Positions 60,495 through 64,000 of a DNA stretch of 64,000 nt are shown one piece after another. The translations under genes and the position numbers were made by a program. Every line of letters starts with the position of its first letter. Position 1 is the stretch's first letter. The DNA comes from a virus: IMG/VR virus record IMGVR_UViG_3300034095_000254, one strand, 5' to 3'. Below the pieces are notes generated by a model, which did not search any database, was not told the origin of the DNA, and worked only from the letters and a program-made list of their open reading frames with translations.

Positions 60495-61244
60495 ATGCCA
60501 CTTAATTTGCCATTCCTTACTAAAGACACTGCAAGGAAAGACGCTAAACAAAATAAAATCAACCAGTTTATTTCTGAAGTTAAAACTGGAGCACTAGCTC
60601 GATCTAATAGATTTGGAGTAGAGTTTAGTCCACCTGCTGGAATAAATCCAGGTAATCTTAGAAAAATTCTATTGTTTTGCGACACTGTTCAACTTCCAGG
60701 TATTAACTATTCAACTGTACAAAATAGAACCTTCGGTGAATTCCGTGAAGTGCCGTATGAAAAACTATATGAGCCAATCAATCTAACTTTCTATGTTGAT
60801 AATGACATGCAAGTTAAAAAGTTATTTGATGACTGGATGAGTTTAATCTCTGATCCCAACACAAGAACTTATAGTTACTATAACACTTATATTGCAACTA
60901 AATTTGTTATCGAGGTTCAAGACATTAATGATAAAACAAGATATCAAGTTGAATTGTTCGAAGCCTATCCTAAAAATGTGAATGCAGTTTCGTTGGATAA
61001 TGCTTCTAAAGATGTCATGAAACTAACTGTGAATATGCAGTACAAATATTGGACGGCAACTCCAGTAACACAACTGGCAGATGATCAAAAGATTCCTACT
61101 AGTTTCATTGATAAACTAACTAGAAATTTTACAGGATTCCAAGAAACATTGAATAGAACACTAGGTTCAACAGCTGGTAACTTTGTCACTGGTTCTGTTC
61201 TATCGTACGGAGTTACAAGACTTCCAGGATTATTGAAGTTCTAA
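60495..61244 (+). CDS. gp54: Baseplate tail-tube initiator (gp54 / gp19 family)
   Basis: ARSNRF.V, CDTVQLPG, LTFYVD, FDDW, L.EAYP and LTVNMQYKYW. Confidence 0.78.
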   Translation: MPLNLPFLTKDTARKDAKQNKINQFISEVKTGALARSNRFGVEFSPPAGINPGNLRKILLFCDTVQLPGINYSTVQNRTFGEFREVPYEKLYEPINLTFYVDNDMQVKKLFDDWMSLISDPNTRTYSYYNTYIATKFVIEVQDINDKTRYQVELFEAYPKNVNAVSLDNASKDVMKLTVNMQYKYWTATPVTQLADDQKIPTSFIDKLTRNFTGFQETLNRTLGSTAGNFVTGSVLSYGVTRLPGLLKF

Positions 61245-61268
61245 TAAATACATCATTAAGGATTGCGA

Positions 61269-61682
61269 ATGAAGATTGATGACACATTATCTGCCGAGTT
61301 TGGTATACAACCAATGGGCAACACTGAAGTGATAACAAAGACTGGAGAAGTTATTAACGACTCTACAAATAGAATACAAGATGACTTCGATATCACTCGA
61401 AACAATCTTCGTATATTATTGCAACAGGGACAGGAAGCACTACAGAAGTCACTCGATGTGGCTATGCAGTCTGAGCATCCAAGAGCATTTGAAGTTGTTG
61501 GAAATCTAATGAAGCAGTTGGCTGATATAAACCAACAGTTATTGGATCTACATCAACAGAAGCAAAAGCTGGATACACCTAAAGAGGGATCCAGAAAAGA
61601 AGTGACGAATAACAATGTTATCTTTACAGGTAGCACTGCTGAATTGAATAAGTTAATTAAGAATATGTCTAAAGGAGAATAA
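61269..61682 (+). CDS. gp16: Terminase small subunit
   Basis: DDFDITRNNL, A.QSEHPRAFEV and NNVIFTGSTAEL; ATG at 61269 follows an AAGGA RBS. Confidence 0.88.
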   Translation: MKIDDTLSAEFGIQPMGNTEVITKTGEVINDSTNRIQDDFDITRNNLRILLQQGQEALQKSLDVAMQSEHPRAFEVVGNLMKQLADINQQLLDLHQQKQKLDTPKEGSRKEVTNNNVIFTGSTAELNKLIKNMSKGE

Positions 61683-61684
61683 TT

Positions 61685-62404
61685 ATGGCTTTGCCTATGA
61701 ATAGTACACCAATTTATAATTTGGTGGTTCCATCAACTAAGAAGTCTGTGACATACAGACCATTTTTAGTTAAGGATCAAAAAGCACTTTTGGTTGCACA
61801 ACAAAGTGCTGATCAAAGGGTAATGATTGATACATTGAAGGAAGTTATTAAATCATGTATTACAGAATCTATTGATGTTAGTAAACTAGCGATCTTTGAC
61901 ATTGAGTATATCTTTACTCAGTTAAGATCCAAGTCAGTCGGTGAGACTGTTGATATTATTTTATCGTGTGATGAAGATCACGGATCAGATAATGAAAAGG
62001 CTAAGATTAAACATACAGTGGATCTTTCTGAAATCAAAGTTCAGGAAAAAGAAGGACACACTGATAAAATCGCACTGTTTGGTGATGTTGGTGTAGTTAT
62101 GAAGTATCCTAATATCGATGATATTAAAAAGCTACAAGGTGGAGCAGTAACGAATGAAGACACCTTTAAATTAGTGGCTGCGTCAATTGATTACATCTAT
62201 GATAACGATGCTGTTTATCATTCAAAGGATCAGACTGAACAAGAGCTAATGGATTTTATTAATAATCTAACATCTGAACAATTTGGCAAGATACAATCCT
62301 TCTTTGATACTATGCCAAAGATGACTCATACGATTAATTACAATTGTCCAGTTTGTGACAAGGCACATAAGATTGTCTTGGAGGGCATGGAAAGTTTTTT
62401 TTAA
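61685..62404 (+). CDS. gp26: Baseplate hub assembly chaperone
   Basis: MALP..P.Y, YRPFLVK, FDIEYIF.QLRSKSVGE, FFDTMPK, CPVC and LEGMESFF. Confidence 0.9.
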   Translation: MALPMNSTPIYNLVVPSTKKSVTYRPFLVKDQKALLVAQQSADQRVMIDTLKEVIKSCITESIDVSKLAIFDIEYIFTQLRSKSVGETVDIILSCDEDHGSDNEKAKIKHTVDLSEIKVQEKEGHTDKIALFGDVGVVMKYPNIDDIKKLQGGAVTNEDTFKLVAASIDYIYDNDAVYHSKDQTEQELMDFINNLTSEQFGKIQSFFDTMPKMTHTINYNCPVCDKAHKIVLEGMESFF

Positions 62405-62442
62405 TAAACCTTTGTCATGACACTTTGGTGAATCATTATAAA

Positions 62443-62580
62443 ATGAATTTTGCCTTATTGCAGTACCACAAATATGCTTTATCAGATATTGATAACATGT
62501 TACCGTTCGAGCGAGAGGTCTATGTCTTTATGTTAAAAGAATACTTAGAAGAAGAAAAGAAACGACTAGAGAGCAAATAA
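62443..62580 (+). CDS. gp51: Baseplate hub assembly catalyst (gp51-like), possibly expressed by frameshift from gp26
   Basis: Not in the ORF track. MNFALLQYHKYALSDIDNMLPFEREVYVFMLKEYLEEEKKRLESK; the frame is open back through the gp26 T8 run. Confidence 0.75.
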   Translation: MNFALLQYHKYALSDIDNMLPFEREVYVFMLKEYLEEEKKRLESK

Positions 62581-64000
62581 ATGGAACTCGTACTTCAAAA
62601 ACAATCTAACCAGCTAGCCCAATCAGGCAGTAAACCAATGTCATCTTATGGTGGTGGAGGTGGTGGCTCAGGTGCAGCTGGTGGAATGGGTAACTTGGCA
62701 CAAGAACTAATAACTTCTTTACAAGACTTAACATCTGGTATAAGAAAATTAGTTACTACTGTGCAGTTCAATACCAGAGCACTTAGCAATGTACCAGCTG
62801 CTAGTGGTGGCGATGGCAAAGGTTTAGAAACGGAAATTGAAGGTAATAGATCTAGAGATGCACAAACTGGATTGTTACTTAAGATCGAAGAAAACACTCG
62901 TGGTATGGGTGGTAAAAAAGACGATAAGAAAAAAGATAGTAAAGACGACAGTAGCTGGTTAGGAAGTATTGCTAAATTTGGTCTTGTTATTGCAGGAGCA
63001 CTTGGTGCTATTGCTGGGCTGTTTATGGCTCAGTTTAAAACAATGAAGTTCTTTGCATCTCTTCTTGCTGATGGTGCAGCCCAAGTAGGAAAAGCATTAA
63101 AGGGTCTGGCTAAGTTTCTAGGATTAGATGGATTTGGTGCTAGTATTGCAGAGAAGTTTAAGCAAGTCGTCACTTTCGTTGACGGTATCGTTGATACTAT
63201 TAAAAGTAAAATAACAAGAGTTGGTGGTGCGATAGCTTCATTCTTTGAAGAATCAGTGACTAAGTTTAAGAAGTATTTCTCTTTCTTCGAAGATTCTAAA
63301 ATCGGACAAACACTAAAAAGTATCGGCACATTCATTAGTGATGTTGTTGGTAAATTTGTTGCACCATTCAAAGATGCGTTCTCTGCATTAAGTGGTGATG
63401 GTGTTGTGATGAAAATTATTAAAAGTATTAAAGACTTCTTCGGTGGAATCGGTGAATACTTTGGTAAATTTGCAAAGGTATTTGGTGCTGTTTCTAAGAT
63501 TGTTTCAAAAATATTTGTGCCCATACAAATCATTATGGGTATATTTGATACTGTTAGTGGTGCAATAGATGGGTTTAAAAAGGAAGGTGTTCTTGGAGCA
63601 ATTCAAGGTGGTATCACTGGACTAATCAATGGTGTGTTCATGTCCTTCTTCGACTTAGTCAAAGATGGTATCTCTTGGATCTTAAGTGCAATCGGCTTCG
63701 ATGATGCAGCCAAGTTCTTAGACTCATTCTCATTCTCTGACTTGTTTGCTTCATTGATGGATAAGATCTTCCATCCAATCAGAACACTTCAAGAAGCATT
63801 TGATGGTTTAGATTTAAAAGCAATGATATTTGAACCAATGGCTAAAGCATGGGCATTTTTAAATGAATCTCTTGGTGGTATCCCACAGAAGATTGTTGAT
63901 AACATTGATTTGTATATCATACAACCACTAGCCAACATATTCGCTCCAGTCACTAATATGTTTAAGGAGATGGCTGCAAAAGTAATTGGATTCTTTAAGG
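62581..64000 (+). CDS. Tape-measure-like protein (gp29-like), partial
   Basis: ORF from the ATG at 62581 runs off the window (MELVLQKQSNQ...); amphipathic helical F/I/G/K-rich repeats; follows gp26/gp51. Confidence 0.7.
   Translation, partial: MELVLQKQSNQLAQSGSKPMSSYGGGGGGSGAAGGMGNLAQELITSLQDLTSGIRKLVTTVQFNTRALSNVPAASGGDGKGLETEIEGNRSRDAQTGLLLKIEENTRGMGGKKDDKKKDSKDDSSWLGSIAKFGLVIAGALGAIAGLFMAQFKTMKFFASLLADGAAQVGKALKGLAKFLGLDGFGASIAEKFKQVVTFVDGIVDTIKSKITRVGGAIASFFEESVTKFKKYFSFFEDSKIGQTLKSIGTFISDVVGKFVAPFKDAFSALSGDGVVMKIIKSIKDFFGGIGEYFGKFAKVFGAVSKIVSKIFVPIQIIMGIFDTVSGAIDGFKKEGVLGAIQGGITGLINGVFMSFFDLVKDGISWILSAIGFDDAAKFLDSFSFSDLFASLMDKIFHPIRTLQEAFDGLDLKAMIFEPMAKAWAFLNESLGGIPQKIVDNIDLYIIQPLANIFAPVTNMFKEMAAKVIGFFK

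Noticed and set aside
63030-63533. Minus-strand 167-aa and 83-aa (62646-62897) ORFs
   Set aside because: They are antisense to the long plus-strand tape-measure-like ORF, which the track omitted because it lacks a stop in the window.
1-64000. tRNA or rRNA genes
   Set aside because: Intergenic gaps are nearly all under 100 bp and no cloverleaf-like sequence was noticed. tRNAscan was not run.

Overview
This window is the virion-morphogenesis (late) region of a T4-like myovirus. Almost all genes lie on the minus strand. In transcription order they are gp48, gp53, a hub protein, gp5, PAAR, gp25, gp6, a gp7-like protein, gp8, a 2216-aa DUF4815-type virion protein, a long block of fibre/adhesin genes, gp13-14-15, gp17, gp18, gp19, gp20, prohead core genes, gp21, gp22, gp23, gp3 and uvsY. 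A divergent plus-strand unit carries gp4, gp2, gp54, gp16, gp26, gp51 and a tape-measure-like gene. The most striking feature is an ~8.4 kb enzyme cluster (28354-36781) placed between two paralogous tail-fibre genes. It encodes two radical SAM/SPASM enzymes, a cobalamin-type radical SAM enzyme, two Asp/Asn beta-hydroxylase-like oxygenases, three unknown proteins and a 171-aa protein ending in CHSN-CHGS-CHGS. It looks like a RiPP-style post-translational modification system that may act on a virion protein. Other notable signals are a candidate -1 frameshift fusing gp26 to gp51 just before the tape measure gene, an 87-aa module shared by the tail sheath and the 2216-aa protein, a duplicated Gly-rich adhesin cassette, a gp5 with two muralytic domains, and candidate leaderless late mRNAs. 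All family assignments come from motif recognition and synteny; no database search was run.
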